DNA of 64,000 nt from a virus (Duplodnaviria; Caudoviricetes): positions 43,526 to 107,525 of the IMG/VR virus record IMGVR_UViG_3300013901_000007; one strand, given 5' to 3'. A program made the position numbers and the translations under genes. This document shows, piece by piece, positions 1-12,286 of the stretch; position 1 is the first letter of the stretch; each line of letters starts with the position of its first letter. The notes beneath the pieces were generated by a model, which did not search any database, was not told where the DNA came from, and worked only from the letters and a program-made list of their open reading frames with translations.

Positions 1-666
1 ATAATCATTTATTTTATATATTCTATGAAAATATGAATTAAAACTACGACGAGAAGCAAAATATTCTACACCTCTCTTAGCAAATTCAAGTCTCTCATCA
101 CTCCATATATATTTAATTCCCCCACGATTTATAACACAATAATATTTTAAATGTGGTGTCCATTGAGCTAAATTGTTACTAGGAAAAGTATATGGAACAC
201 AGGTTCCATAAAAAACTTTAATATCTTGCGTATTTAATTCAGGACATTCATCGGCTAAAATAAGTCTATTATATTGATTATAAAAGAATATATTATATTT
301 GTTTTTACCTTGATAAATAGTGTGTAATTTAGGACAATTAAAAAATAAGCTAATACCACAGATTACATTTTCTGGTAATATAATCTCTTCTAAATCGAGC
401 ATATTAGAAAATGCAAAATCATCAATTTTAGTTACAGAATCACAAATGATAATTTTTTTAGTGTTTAGTACTCCATCAAAAGCTTTCTTTTGAATAGTTG
501 TAACATTAGATGGAACCTCCACGGTGGTTGGGAGTGTTTTATTTTTAAAACACTCCTCCCCCAACGTGGTGATGGTAGAAGGAATTAAATCCTTACCACT
601 TATACCCACGGGTGTATAATATAATATTACTAATACATTTTCTGGATCTTTTAAGTAATAAGCCAT
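1..666 (-). CDS. BspA-type leucine-rich repeat (LRR_5) protein, truncated by the window edge; absent from the ORF track
   Basis: AGGAGG RBS then ATG at 666. Hand translation gives IPSTITTLGEECF, VPSNVTTIQKKAF, DSVTKIDDFAFSNMLDLEEIILPENVI repeats. Confidence 0.8.
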   Translation of the reverse strand, partial: MAYYLKDPENVLVILYYTPVGISGKDLIPSTITTLGEECFKNKTLPTTVEVPSNVTTIQKKAFDGVLNTKKIIICDSVTKIDDFAFSNMLDLEEIILPENVICGISLFFNCPKLHTIYQGKNKYNIFFYNQYNRLILADECPELNTQDIKVFYGTCVPYTFPSNNLAQWTPHLKYYCVINRGGIKYIWSDERLEFAKRGVEYFASRRSFNSYFHRIYKINDY

Positions 667-700
667 AAGATTCCTCCTATTATTAAGTTATTATAACATA

Positions 701-3700
701 TTAATGACGTTCACGTCTAGTTAAATTCATCATATTACGTAATTCTTGTGTAAATGAATCAATATTAAATGATTCATCTGCACTAACATTCATAGTTAAA
801 TTACTAATGTTTAATGAATTATCTGCAGCGGTATTATTAAGTGCTGTAAGTGGTAAATTATTTAATGCTGATGATTGAGCAAGTAATTTAAGAATAGATG
901 GAGCAAGCTCTCCTAATTGCCATAGATTCTTTGTAACGTCTGCAGGAACAACACCAGTAGCACTAGGTAAAGAAGTAATAGTTCCCCAAGGAGAAATAAT
1001 TGCTTCAGTTCCTAATTCGTTAACTAAAGTTGGACCTCCAGATAAACCCAAAGAACCAATTGCAGCCTTTTCTACATCTGGAGATTTTCTCATTTGATAA
1101 AATCCTGGTTGAATAGACTCAGCTTCAGGGAATCCCTCAACGGCACCATTAATAAATACTAATTTATTATGAGTTCTTTTTTGTTCAACAACCGTTCCAG
1201 TTTTTGCACCTCTTTCTTTTAAATAACCCATCAAACCCATTGTTCCAGCACCATATGTGTTTGCTTGAACATCGCTAATTGTTTGAGCTTTTGCATATTG
1301 AGGTACACCTTTTTTCACACCTTCATATGCATAATATCTCATCATATCATCATTATTACTAGTTTTTTTTGTATCAACTTCTATATCCCCTTCTTTATTT
1401 TCTTCTCTATCTACTTTATTCTCAACATCATAAACTTGACCATTAAACTCTAATTGTGGTTTAAAAGACTCTGATTTTTCATAATCTAATAAATCACTAT
1501 TTTTTGTGCCTTCGGCAGAAGTATTATTTTTCCAAGTGTTAGCAGCTTCACTATTATTTTCACTGAAATTTTTATAAGTAGTATTAAAATTTTCTAAAGA
1601 TTCATTATATTTTTTTTCAGCTTGATAATATTCTTCTGAAGAAGTACCTTTTTCGTCTTTGATTCGTTCCATTTCTTGTTTTTTAGCTACCAAATCTGCG
1701 GCTGCTGTATCTAAATCGCTAGTTTTTTCAGCGGTAATAGCATTAGCATCTTTTTCGGTTGGACCAGCAACTTTAATTGTGACTTCGTCATATAGTTTTT
1801 TAATTGCTTTTTGAATATCTAATTGACTTTCAAAGGTATCTCCTAATTCTTTTTTAAATGATTCAAAAGCTTCAGACATACGATCAAATTCATCATTATC
1901 TTTAATGTTAGATAATTCATCTTTTTCAGCTTGGAGTTGAGTAATTTGAGCTTCTAAATCAGCTACTTTATATTCTATATTAACAGAATCTAAATTTTTT
2001 TGTGCTTCTTCTATGGCACTTTGATCAGATTCATAAGACCAACCTACCCCTTCTCTCCACACACGTTTTTTCTCGTGTTGAGCATTTTCTAATTTAATCT
2101 TAGCTTCGATTAATTTATTTTCATATTCTCGTTGTGAAGTGATTTCTTGCAAAGCAGATTTTTGTTCTTCCAAGTTCTTGATTTGTTTTTCATAAATTTT
2201 TTGTAAATGAGATGAAAACATATCAAATTGAGCTTCCTTAATAGGATCTTTTATAGTAATTTGATAGTATTCTTGAATTATAGATTGAACACGCTCTAAT
2301 TCTTTTTTACTTAAACCATATTTAGCCATTAGTTCATCTTCAGTTAATTGAGTAGCCGAAGACATACGTGAAAAAACGTCTCCTAACGATTTGGCTCCAT
2401 TGAATAAAGCGGTTGCACCTTTAGGTTTATTCAATTCACTAAACAATAAATCTTCTAAATTTGTATCATTAGTTTTAGTGTTGTGTAATTCTTTACGCAA
2501 TACATTAAATAAAGAAGTAGAACTCATTAATTCTTGCATCATTCCACTTTGATAAGCTACAGAATAAGCACTACCTTTCTTTAATAATTGAGTGGTCATT
2601 GCTGCTACATCACCCGTAAAACGAGCCAACTCTGGATATTTAGAAAGTAAAGTTTCAACGGCTTCACTTGACAAACCACCAGAAGAAGTTATGTTTTGTA
2701 AGGTTGAAGTAATATCACCAATTTTAGTACGTAAGTTTTCCAATCCTCCAATTAAATCACCAAGAGTTAATTCCCCTAGAATATCTTTTAATTGCAAAAG
2801 TTGTTCTCTTGTTACGCCCAAAGCAGTGGCAAATTTTTTCTGTATCTCGATATCGTTATTTTCTATAACTTGATTAAGAGTTTTTGTTTTGCCTTGTATG
2901 GCCTCATAAAGTCTAGTATTACCAGTAATAGCTTGATCAATAAGTCTTTTTGCTTCTTCACTATTAGGGGCTACACCCACAAAACCACCTAAAGCTTGAA
3001 TTGAAGTTTCCACCATTTCTTCTATTTGTTCTTTGGATAAATTACTCAAATCATAATCATTTAAATCTAATAAACGTTGTCCTTGATAAGTAGCTTCATT
3101 TATTGCATTTTGTGCTAATTGTTTATTAGATTCTTTATAAATAGCAACTTCATCTTTAGTACGTTGTTTTTCGGTTTCGGTGAGTTCTCTTATAGCATTT
3201 TCAAGTAATTTCCATTGTTCAGAACCTTTTTCAAAGAAGGTTTGATATTCTTTTAAAAAAGACACTCGATCTTGTATAGAAACTCCTTCTCTAAATCCCT
3301 TCAATACGTAATCACTACGATCACCACTAGTATATTCTTGATAATTTATTTTACCCTCATATGCTTCAAGAAGTTTTTTATATCTTTCTACTTCTCCAGG
3401 ATTATTATAATCAACAGAACCTGTGCCATAATTTTCAACACCTTTAAATGTTAGAACAAAAGGCTTTGAAAAAGAATATCCTTTGGTATATTTTTGATTT
3501 ATATCATATATTTCATCTTCTTTAGATTTAACTTGAGATTCATATTTTACCTTATTTTGAGCAGATATATAATCATGCCACATAGTCTCACGCTCTTCTT
3601 TACTAATAGAAGAAAATATGTCAAAAAATTCACTAATATTAGCAATATTAGAATATTTATCATTAGTAGATAATTCCTTCCAAATTGCTGCTTTTGTTTC

Positions 3701-5373
3701 TTTATTTTCTTTTGAATTCAAGGAATCTTCTAATGATTGTATTTTTTCAATCCATTCAGCATCACTCATTGAATCGGTCATGTCATCAATTTTTTCTGAA
3801 ATATTACTAGTAACATTTTCTAAAGAATTAATTGCTTTAATAATATTATTTGCGGCTTCCACTCTATCGGCACGGGCATCGCGTTCGGCGTCTATCCATT
3901 TTGTAATTTGTGTCATGAATAAAGACCCACCGATTTGTAATGCCATACCAATTATTTTTGCAAAAGGTCCGCCCATTTGTAATGCAGCCGAGGTTCCCCC
4001 AATTAAAGCATTACCCCAAGTACTTGCAGTTTGAGCTTCTTTAGAATTTTCTACCATTTCTCCACTAACATTTTTATGTTGAGTATCTGCACTTATTCCA
4101 CCCATAAGGGTACCAAATGCAAATGACGAGCCCACAACACCAATTTTCTTCATTGTATTTCTAATTTTTTGCCATTTGGTTTGTTCTGTAGGTTGGGTGG
4201 AAAGAATATTCTCACCTTCATCAATTTCTCCACCAACTGCTTTAGTATTATTATTTGTAGCATCAGTATTTTGGCGTAATGATAAAATTAATCCTTCGAT
4301 TCCAGATTTAATACTAATAGTTGAAGTTGTGTTTGTATTAATATTTTTATCGCTTAAAACATTTTTTAAAGATTTTGAATTAGTTCTATTATCTTCTTGA
4401 ATATTCAACATTACTCGATCTAAACCAGTTGTAGTTGGAGATTTAGATTCACGAGTTTCAAACATTAAACCTGAAGATTTTTGCATTTTATTATCTATAA
4501 ATTTTTTTATATTTATTGCTGCATTTTTATTTGTTTTAAAAATTTGGCTCATTCCCAATACATTCCAAAATTTATTAAGCCAAACAGGAACTTTAATAGC
4601 ACTTGATACATTTATGATTCTGGTTACCCATCTAACAAGAGAAGGTAAATGTTCAATTAAAAAAGTAATAAAATTTGTAACGCCAGTCATAAAACGACTA
4701 ACATCACTATTTAAAGCAATTTCTTCCCAAGCCGCAGACAATCTCTTTTGTGCTGCTTGTAAAGAATCTTGATAAGATAAATATTTTTCTTCAGCAGTCC
4801 CTTCAGCATTTTGAGAAGTTTCTAATAAAGAGTGATATTTATCCATGTTTTCCATTAAAACAAGAAAAGCTTCACGTTGTCTTGTACCAGCTGCTGCAGT
4901 AGCAATAGCATTTTTGGTAACATTATCATACACACTCCATTGTGCTGAGATATCTTCCAAAACATCATCAAAATCTCTAAATTGAAGGTTAGTATCTCTC
5001 ATTGAAATACCAAGTTTCTTTAAAACCTTTTCAAGATCATTTAAAGATTCACTTCCAACCTCGTCTGTTTCATTATTTAAATCTAGACCAGTGAAAGCGC
5101 CAGCTTTAACATTACCAAAACGAGATAACATTGACTTTAATGCAACACCAACCGTTGAAGCGCCAGCTTGGCTGACGTCCATGATTGTGGTTGCCATAGC
5201 AATTGCTTGATCAAGGTCAACTCCTGATAATTGAGCTGTGGTTGCAAATTGTCTTAAAGATTCGGCAATGTCGCCTGCAGAAGTTGCTGCAACCATGTCA
5301 ACTTTTGTCAGCTTATCAACAACAGACATCGCATCTACTGCTTCAAGCTTAAAACCTTTTAACATACTTGTTA
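701..5373 (-). CDS. Tape measure protein, exon 2 (TP901-type core and coiled-coil C-terminus)
   Basis: VVDKLTKVDM...A-T-S-AGDIAESL tape-measure core. Joins exon 1 in frame as ...KATEY-L-TSMLKGFKL. Confidence 0.88.
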
Positions 5374-5727
5374 CTTTGTGTTTAACGAAGGCGTTAACTT
5401 CGTCGCTATTTCTAGCCTCACAATTTCTTGTGAGAACAGACTATATCTTCTCCCCTGTAATAACAGTAGGGAGCCACTTACTTCCAAGCCTCACTTGAGG
5501 TGTACTCTCTTACGAGATAGTCGTTGGGGCTAAATCTTTTTCTTGAAAGATTTCTGCCTGCTGATTTTCCAATCTTATCTACTTCACTTCTGACTCACCC
5601 TTACGGGTTCAGTTAGTGAGATAAGCTCTAAGGAATTTCCAGCATATCAAGTGGTTAATTTTTCTAAACATTACTGTTTAGCATACCTGTGGAAATTTAC
5701 ATGTGGTTCAGTCAAGAATTTCCGTTA
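5374..5727 (-). ncRNA. ORF-less group I intron (354 nt) in the tape measure gene
   Basis: Exon ends AUACU, pairing with IGS GGUAU (U.G). Core motifs AUGCUGGAAA, AAUCAGCAGG, CGACUA, GAAGAUAUAGUC. Terminal G at 5374. Removal restores the frame. Confidence 0.93.
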
Positions 5728-8700
5728 AGTATTCTGTTGCCTTTCCAGAATCAATCATACCTAATTTACTTAAATACATTGAAGCAGAAATTAAGTCATT
5801 AACTTCAGAAATAGTATAACCTTGTCTTAACCAACTATTGGCTGCACTGGCAACTTCACTAGTTGAAGCTGAAAGTTCATTACCCAATTTTGAATATGAG
5901 GTCATTAAACTCTTGGTTTCTTCTCGTGTATCACCAGTAACAATTCTTAAGTCTGTTAAGACGGCGTCTAATTTTTGTGCACCTTGTACAATATTGTTGA
6001 TTGAACGTCTAGCCTGAGCTGCGAAGGTCCAAATTAAAGCACCACCAGTTAGAGATCTAAGCCAACCTTGGAAACTTTTTTTCATATTATCCCAAACGGT
6101 AGGATTCATTTCTTTATTTAAGCGTGCTTGAGCTGCTGCGTAAGAATCGGCTTGTAAAGATGCTTCTTGATATATTTCTTTAACTTTTTCTGGATTATTA
6201 ATAATATTTTCCCAATTATTATTTTTTCGCTCTTGTTGTAAACGTTGTAATTCAAACAATGATTGTTTATTTTCTGCTTCTAATTGAGCTTTCATTTCTG
6301 GAGAAGCATTATTCTTTTGTAAATTACGTTTTGCTATGTCATTTTTTAAACGTTCTTCAGTTAAAAGTGAACTACGTAATTTTTCTGCTGCTTCCTCTCT
6401 TTTTTTTAGTAATTTTGTCTCTTCTGATTTTTTCTTTTCAACACTATCGACTTTATCTTTTTTATTAGAAGAAGTTGGAGTAGTATTATTAACACTATTA
6501 TAATTTTGTGTTAGTTGCTGAATATTATTAGCAGTAAAATTTTGAGCCTCAAATTTACCTGTTTTTTGTATATCCACAGCACCAGGTACTTTGGCTGTAA
6601 TATTTATTCTATCAACACTGTTAATTTTAATTTCCCCAGTATAGGTGTTTTTGTAATTATTTACATTGGAACCGCCGCTAAAGCCACCAGGTTGTCCTTC
6701 GGATGTTCCTGGAGGAATAATGGTTCCACTACCTGTAATAGGAGAAACTTTTAGACCAACTGTAGTTGGAGGTTGAGTGGTTGGAGGAATTATTGAACTG
6801 TTTTGCCAATAAGAAAATTCTCCTGCCAAATCTACGTTTTTATCCCAATCCACAGGAATAAAACCATTGGTTGATTCAATTCGAGGAAAAATAATTTCTT
6901 TTTTTATAGAAGGAATTGAAGAAATATTTTTATTTAATTTTATGTTTTTCTCATCTGGAATTATTTTAATACCTTTTTCAATAGTATCTTTTTCGTTAAG
7001 TTTAGCTTCATTGAGATAATCTTCATTTTTTTCTGTTATAAAATTACCAATAGAATTAATATCTTTTATATAATTTAATAAATCAGGATTTTTCTTTAAA
7101 AAATTTTTAAAAGAACTGTGTGTTAAAAATTTAGTTAAACTTTTATCTCTTGTTCCGTCCAAATCTTTTTCTTCTTGTTTAAAACGCCAATTATAATATT
7201 CTTCTTGCAACGTTTCTCGTAAATGCTTAAATTTTTTATTATTTTTTAACATTTTCTCTAATTCAGGAATATTTGTTTTAGTAGCGATAGAAAATAATTC
7301 TTCATCAGTGGCATATTGTGGATTAAAAAATTTAACCATATCTTCTATGGTTATAGGTTGTGTAGTATCAAACGACAATCTTTCTTTTTTATTTATATCT
7401 TCTCCTTCAGATTTAGGTTCTAAATTATTTGTAAAAAAATATCCTTTTGTAGATAAAGGTAAACCAGCAAGTATATCTAAACCTTGCTTTTTTCTAGCTT
7501 TTCTATATAACCACCTATGGCCAAAGTTTTTACGTATATATTCATTAATAGTTGAAGAAATAATATCCCCTTTTTTTGTTTCATATTCAAATTTGGTTTC
7601 ACCAGTTATGTTTTTATCCAAAGCAGAAAGAATATAATTAACAATATTAGATTGTTCTCCTGTAACAGGGGCTTGCACGCTTGTTTTTCCATCTTTATCT
7701 ATAGCAAATAAAGCAGACAAGGGATTATTACGTGTTTCTTTTGCAATAAATTTAAATATATCTTTTTCTTTTGAGTTAGAAAACTTTTCAAAAAGCTGTT
7801 CAGCAGCTCTTGCATTTAAATATTGTGCTTTTTGTTTTTTTGTTAATACTAAATCTATAAAAGTATCAGCATCCACATCTTCCATATTAGGATACATTTT
7901 TTTATAATCTGTGAACATATCATTTATTGCACCCAAATAAACTTTAGCATTGGTAAACCAATTTAAAATTCTATCAGATATTTTTTTAAAATCAACATCT
8001 CTAGGATTATCAGGAATTGTATGTAGATGAGCTTTATATTCTTCTGCCGCTTTTATTTTTTGTCTGGCAGCCTCATCTATTAACTCTTGTCGTGTTTGTT
8101 CTTGTATTTGATCTTCTGTAAGTACTGGATAATTATTAACATCAGGACGACCCATATAATTAATATATCCTTCACCATATAAAGCACTAATAATATCTTT
8201 ATAAGCACTCAAAGACGATAATTGTTTCTCTATAGTTTTTGCTGTATTTAATTTTTTTCTAGATAAATATTGATTGTAAAGTTGAGGAGAATTATTTTTC
8301 AACCAAGATTCAAATTTTTCCTTATCTTTTAATTTAAAAGGTGTTTTTATTAAACTTTTTGATTGATCAATATTATATTGAATTTTTTTATCATTTATAA
8401 ATTTTTTATATTTTTTTGCTATGGCAGAAAAATCAAAATTTTCTACATTTTTACTTTCTTCTTCTATAATATTATTCAATCCTAAAACCCACCCTCTTAA
8501 AGCAGATATATTGTTTCGATTTTGAGAAACGGTTAAATTAGGATCTTGTTGAAATGAAAGATTAAAAACTTCATCAAGTTGTTCAAAAAAATTACCACGA
8601 TCATTTTTAGAAGTAACACTACTCATTAAATTAGTCCATTCACGTGGGGTCATGCCACCTAGAGTATAAGGAGACATTATTTTAGTGAGTGCTGGATCGT

Positions 8701-10303
8701 AATAAGCAACCATCTTATTAATTGGTTGACTACTTACTCCATATATATCAGGAGAATATTTTTTTCTTAATAAATCTTGAACACCACCTTTATAAACAAA
8801 CTCTCCTCCTTCTCTTCTTAAATTTAACAGATGTTGAAAATGTTGTTTAACACTATCTGAAGTTTCACCCTCGGCGCTTTCGTCAATTTGAATAGAAGAA
8901 AGCATTTTATCTATATATTTTACTACTTCTTCATCTGTTAGATTATAATTTGTTTGAAGAGAAGAAATTAGTTGATTTAATGTTAATCCATTAATAAGAT
9001 TCCATCCTTTTTGGTTTTTACTATATACAGCTGGTGTAACACCATCTCCAAAAAGAATTTGTTGTTGAGCATTTTTAATTAACGAAGACCTTTCAATATC
9101 TGTTAAATTTTCATTAAAAGTTCCCACATAATCTGTTAATATAGAATATAATGTTTGATCAGAATAATTATCTACATTTAAAACTTCTACGGGATGAGTC
9201 GTATCAACATTGTTATTATAATTAGGAGTATGAACAATTTGAGAAGAAGAACTGGTATTTTTACCCTGAGCTCTTAATCCCAATGTATAAACACTAGTTT
9301 GTAATCTTCCTTTAGGCTCAATAGTTTTTGTTGTTTTACTATCTAATACTCTCACTGTTTTATCTTTAAAGGTTTGTATTTCATCAGCAGTACCATTAAT
9401 TAATAAAGTTTGTCCACCAACTCTTACTAATAAACTAACTGGAGCCTCTCTTTGAATATTAACGGGTTTTTTACCAGATTGGTATGGTTTTGTTAATTCT
9501 CCATTTAATCCTTCTATTAATAATTTTAATTTATTCCCTTCTTCATTTATTATTTCCTCATTTTTTTCATTTATAGCATTTTGATAATTTTCTATTATTT
9601 TTGTAACATCAGCAAGATCAAATTGATTTTCGGCCTGAGATAATTTATTTCCGCTAGCATCAGATGTGGCCTTACTCAACAATGATACATAATTAATTAA
9701 CGAATCTTGAGTTATAGTACCTGTTTTAGAATCAATTATACTTACAGGAGTTTTAGTTCCATTTTTATTTACGTTATTTAATTTTACTTTATTTTTAGCG
9801 GCTTCTATTAATGCATGAAAACCAGTACCAACATCTCCACTTCCTATTTTTTGAGGACCAGTATAAGGAAAGAAACGCTCTGATATTTTTGAAGCAGAAG
9901 TAGTATGATCAACAATTTTTTTTAAAGTTGAAGACTCTTGAGAAGACAATCCTTGAACTATATAATCATGTCTATGTTCTAATCTTCGTGTGGTAGTATT
10001 AAAACTTAATCCAGTGTCTAATTTAGTAGGAATAAAGGCGATATCACCTTCTTTCAAAGCGTATTCTCCAGAAAGTACTTTTTTATAATCTACGGTATTA
10101 AAATTTTTAATACCTTTAATTGGAGAAGTTTTATTAGATATGGGGGTAGTTGCTATTTTATTATTAACTTTTTGAACTTCTTTAATAGTATTTTTTATTT
10201 CCTTGTTTAAAGTATTTAAATCATTGTCAACATTTTCATAGCGTTCGTTAATTTTTTTAAACAAATCTTGAAAAGAATAAGGTATTTTATCATCATCTAT
10301 CAT
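5728..10303 (-). CDS. Tape measure protein, exon 1, with an N-terminal PD-(D/E)XK nuclease-like domain (spliced product about 3082 aa)
   Basis: C-terminal part LDAVLTDLRIVTG...WLRQGY is the start of the TMP core. N-terminal motifs GTGFH / E / GTAD / LDSKT / LQTSVY. Confidence 0.85.
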
Positions 10304-10319
10304 ACTTCACCCTCCTATT

Positions 10320-10658
10320 TTACTTTTTTTCTTTTAAATCTATTGATTTTTCTCTTTGCAATAATTTCCATGTCTTTATTATATTTATACTTAAAAGACA
10401 TAATATACCACTAGTTAATAAAACTGCAGAGATCCATGAAATTAATTTCCACATTATCCATTGTCCAAATTCTCCTGGAAAATGAGTTGCCATAAAAGAA
10501 GCATCGGTTCCCAACATAATAAAAATATAATGAACATCATCCCAATCAGTAGGGTGTGCGCAAACAATACCATAAATCACAACTTCAAAAATTCCAATTA
10601 TAAAGAGTAGGATAAATAAAACCCAAAAAAATTCATATTTTTTTATTTTTCCTTGCAT
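10320..10658 (-). CDS. Small membrane protein with two hydrophobic segments
   Basis: GGAGG RBS; two TM-like stretches. Confidence 0.65.
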   Translation of the reverse strand: MQGKIKKYEFFWVLFILLFIIGIFEVVIYGIVCAHPTDWDDVHYIFIMLGTDASFMATHFPGEFGQWIMWKLISWISAVLLTSGILCLLSINIIKTWKLLQREKSIDLKEKK

Positions 10659-10720
10659 AACAAACCCTCCTGGGATAATAATAAAAGGTCAATTTTATTT
10701 GTATAAATAAAACTGAGTTA

Positions 10721-10755
10721 TAAAAACAGGATTGTGGGGAGACCACAATCCTGTT
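10721..10755 (-). terminator. Intrinsic terminator
   Basis: 13-bp stem AACAGGATTGTGG/CCACAATCCTGTT followed by a T run on the minus strand. Confidence 0.7.
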
Positions 10756-10759
10756 AGAT

Positions 10760-10791
10760 TAATTTAATCTAAATATATTTAGATTAAATTA
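10760..10791. repeat. Perfect 32-bp palindrome
   Basis: TAATTTAATCTAAATA|TATTTAGATTAAATTA. Confidence 0.9.
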
Positions 10792-10919
10792 TGATGTCTT
10801 TTTTCTAATATTTAGCCGAAAATGAGATGTGAACTCATATCTTAATGTTTTACTTAAACTATTTCGACAGATTGATCCATTTGTTTTTAAAGAGGTTTAT
10901 GGATTTCCCTCTTTCCCTT

Positions 10920-11162
10920 TTACATTCTATTAATAAAAATTTTTACACCATTATTATAACAATAAGTTTTGAAATGACCATCATCCCATATTTTAATTAG
11001 TTGTAAATTATACTTTGCAACTAATTTATACATATATTCATTAGCAGCTACTCTTGAAGCAAAAATATGATCAAATTTCTTTTTCATACCTATTGTAGTT
11101 AAAGTGTAAGAATGTGATGTAAATGTAAAAGGAGTAATAATTTCATTTGTAAAATCAAACAT
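10920..11162 (-). CDS. Hypothetical protein (probable start MFDF)
   Basis: AGGGGG RBS before the ATG at 11162, inside the tracked ORF. Confidence 0.6.
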   Translation of the reverse strand: MFDFTNEIITPFTFTSHSYTLTTIGMKKKFDHIFASRVAANEYMYKLVAKYNLQLIKIWDDGHFKTYCYNNGVKIFINRM

Positions 11163-11241
11163 AAAATACCCCCTTAGAAATAAATAGTTTAATGTCATCT
11201 CGGACAGGGTATTCTATGCAATTTACTAAATCTAATAATAA

Positions 11242-11856
11242 TTAATCGTGATAATAAACAAGTTCAAATTTATTACCTTTTGAATTATCATTTGCGTTTT
11301 CTAAAATTTCTTTCACAAATTTCCAACGTAAATAATATTCACGAACTTCTTCAATCTCTTCATCATATTGATTGATAGATTGTTCAATTTCAGAAACTTG
11401 TTCTAAAAAAGAAGTAGCAACCTCAACATTATTAGCTTTTAATGCCATTTCTTCATAGTGTTGAGCATCTTTTTCTTCTTTTTTTCTCATTTTTTCCAAA
11501 ACATCTAATTCATGTTTATAATAAGCAATAATTTCATCTAATAATTTTTCATCAAGTGGATGAAATCTAGAAATAAGTATCATCTTTTTTACAACTTTAT
11601 TTCCTTCCTCATTATTATAAGTTATATCGTGAATACTCCAAGAATCATATTCAGTTAATAAACTTTTATCAAAATTTTCTTCAAAAAAGTCAGAGTCTTG
11701 ATAATCTTTCCAAGGGACATCTGGTCCATCACAATAAATAAAATCTAACACTCCTGTTAATTCTCTAGTTGGTGTTGTTCCTGTCCAAAAAATGGTTGGA
11801 GAGTCATTGACATTACCACCCTGTTTCTTCAACTTTATAGTCATATAACTTGACAT
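11242..11856 (-). CDS. Hypothetical acidic coiled-coil protein
   Basis: AAGGAGG RBS; preceded by its own promoter. Confidence 0.7.
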   Translation of the reverse strand: MSSYMTIKLKKQGGNVNDSPTIFWTGTTPTRELTGVLDFIYCDGPDVPWKDYQDSDFFEENFDKSLLTEYDSWSIHDITYNNEEGNKVVKKMILISRFHPLDEKLLDEIIAYYKHELDVLEKMRKKEEKDAQHYEEMALKANNVEVATSFLEQVSEIEQSINQYDEEIEEVREYYLRWKFVKEILENANDNSKGNKFELVYYHD

Positions 11857-11886
11857 GAATACAGTCCTCCTTTTATTTCCTTTATT

Positions 11887-11915
11887 ATTTTATATTATTG
11901 AAAATAATAACACAA
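11887..11915 (-). promoter_or_regulatory. sigma70/sigmaA-type promoter
   Basis: TTGTGT-17 nt-TAAAAT with an A/T-tract upstream. Confidence 0.55.
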
Positions 11916-11945
11916 GTTTTTTTGAAAAAATTTTATTAAAAATTT

Positions 11946-12146
11946 TTAATTATTTGATTCTTTTATTTTGTAATATAATCCACAATGACACAAACCTTCA
12001 GTTTGTTGATCGCGAAATTCTTTACATATACACTTATTTTCAGGTATGTGTAATATTCTACAAGGACAATATCCCTCATTATTTTTTAATGCTTGTCTAA
12101 TTTCTTTTACAACAACATTATTTTCGTTTAATTTTATTTTTAACAT
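11946..12146 (-). CDS. Ferredoxin-thioredoxin reductase catalytic subunit-like protein
   Basis: GYCPCR...CICKEF...CHCGLY, matching the FTR-beta CPC/CxC/CHC pattern. Confidence 0.8.
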   Translation of the reverse strand: MLKIKLNENNVVVKEIRQALKNNEGYCPCRILHIPENKCICKEFRDQQTEGLCHCGLYYKIKESNN

Positions 12147-12211
12147 ATATATTCCTTTAGTAATCTTTAAAAAGTCAAACTACATACAAATCTTTTAAGA
12201 GGATGAGTGTT

Positions 12212-12244
12212 GTTCAATCAACAGGTAAAACCTGTTGATTGAAC
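12212..12244. terminator. Strong hairpin downstream of phoH (terminator or processing stem)
   Basis: 15-bp perfect stem GTTCAATCAACAGGT/ACCTGTTGATTGAAC. Confidence 0.55.
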
Positions 12245-12286
12245 CGAAAAACCCTATTAGAGTTTTAATATTTAGAATTCAAAATA

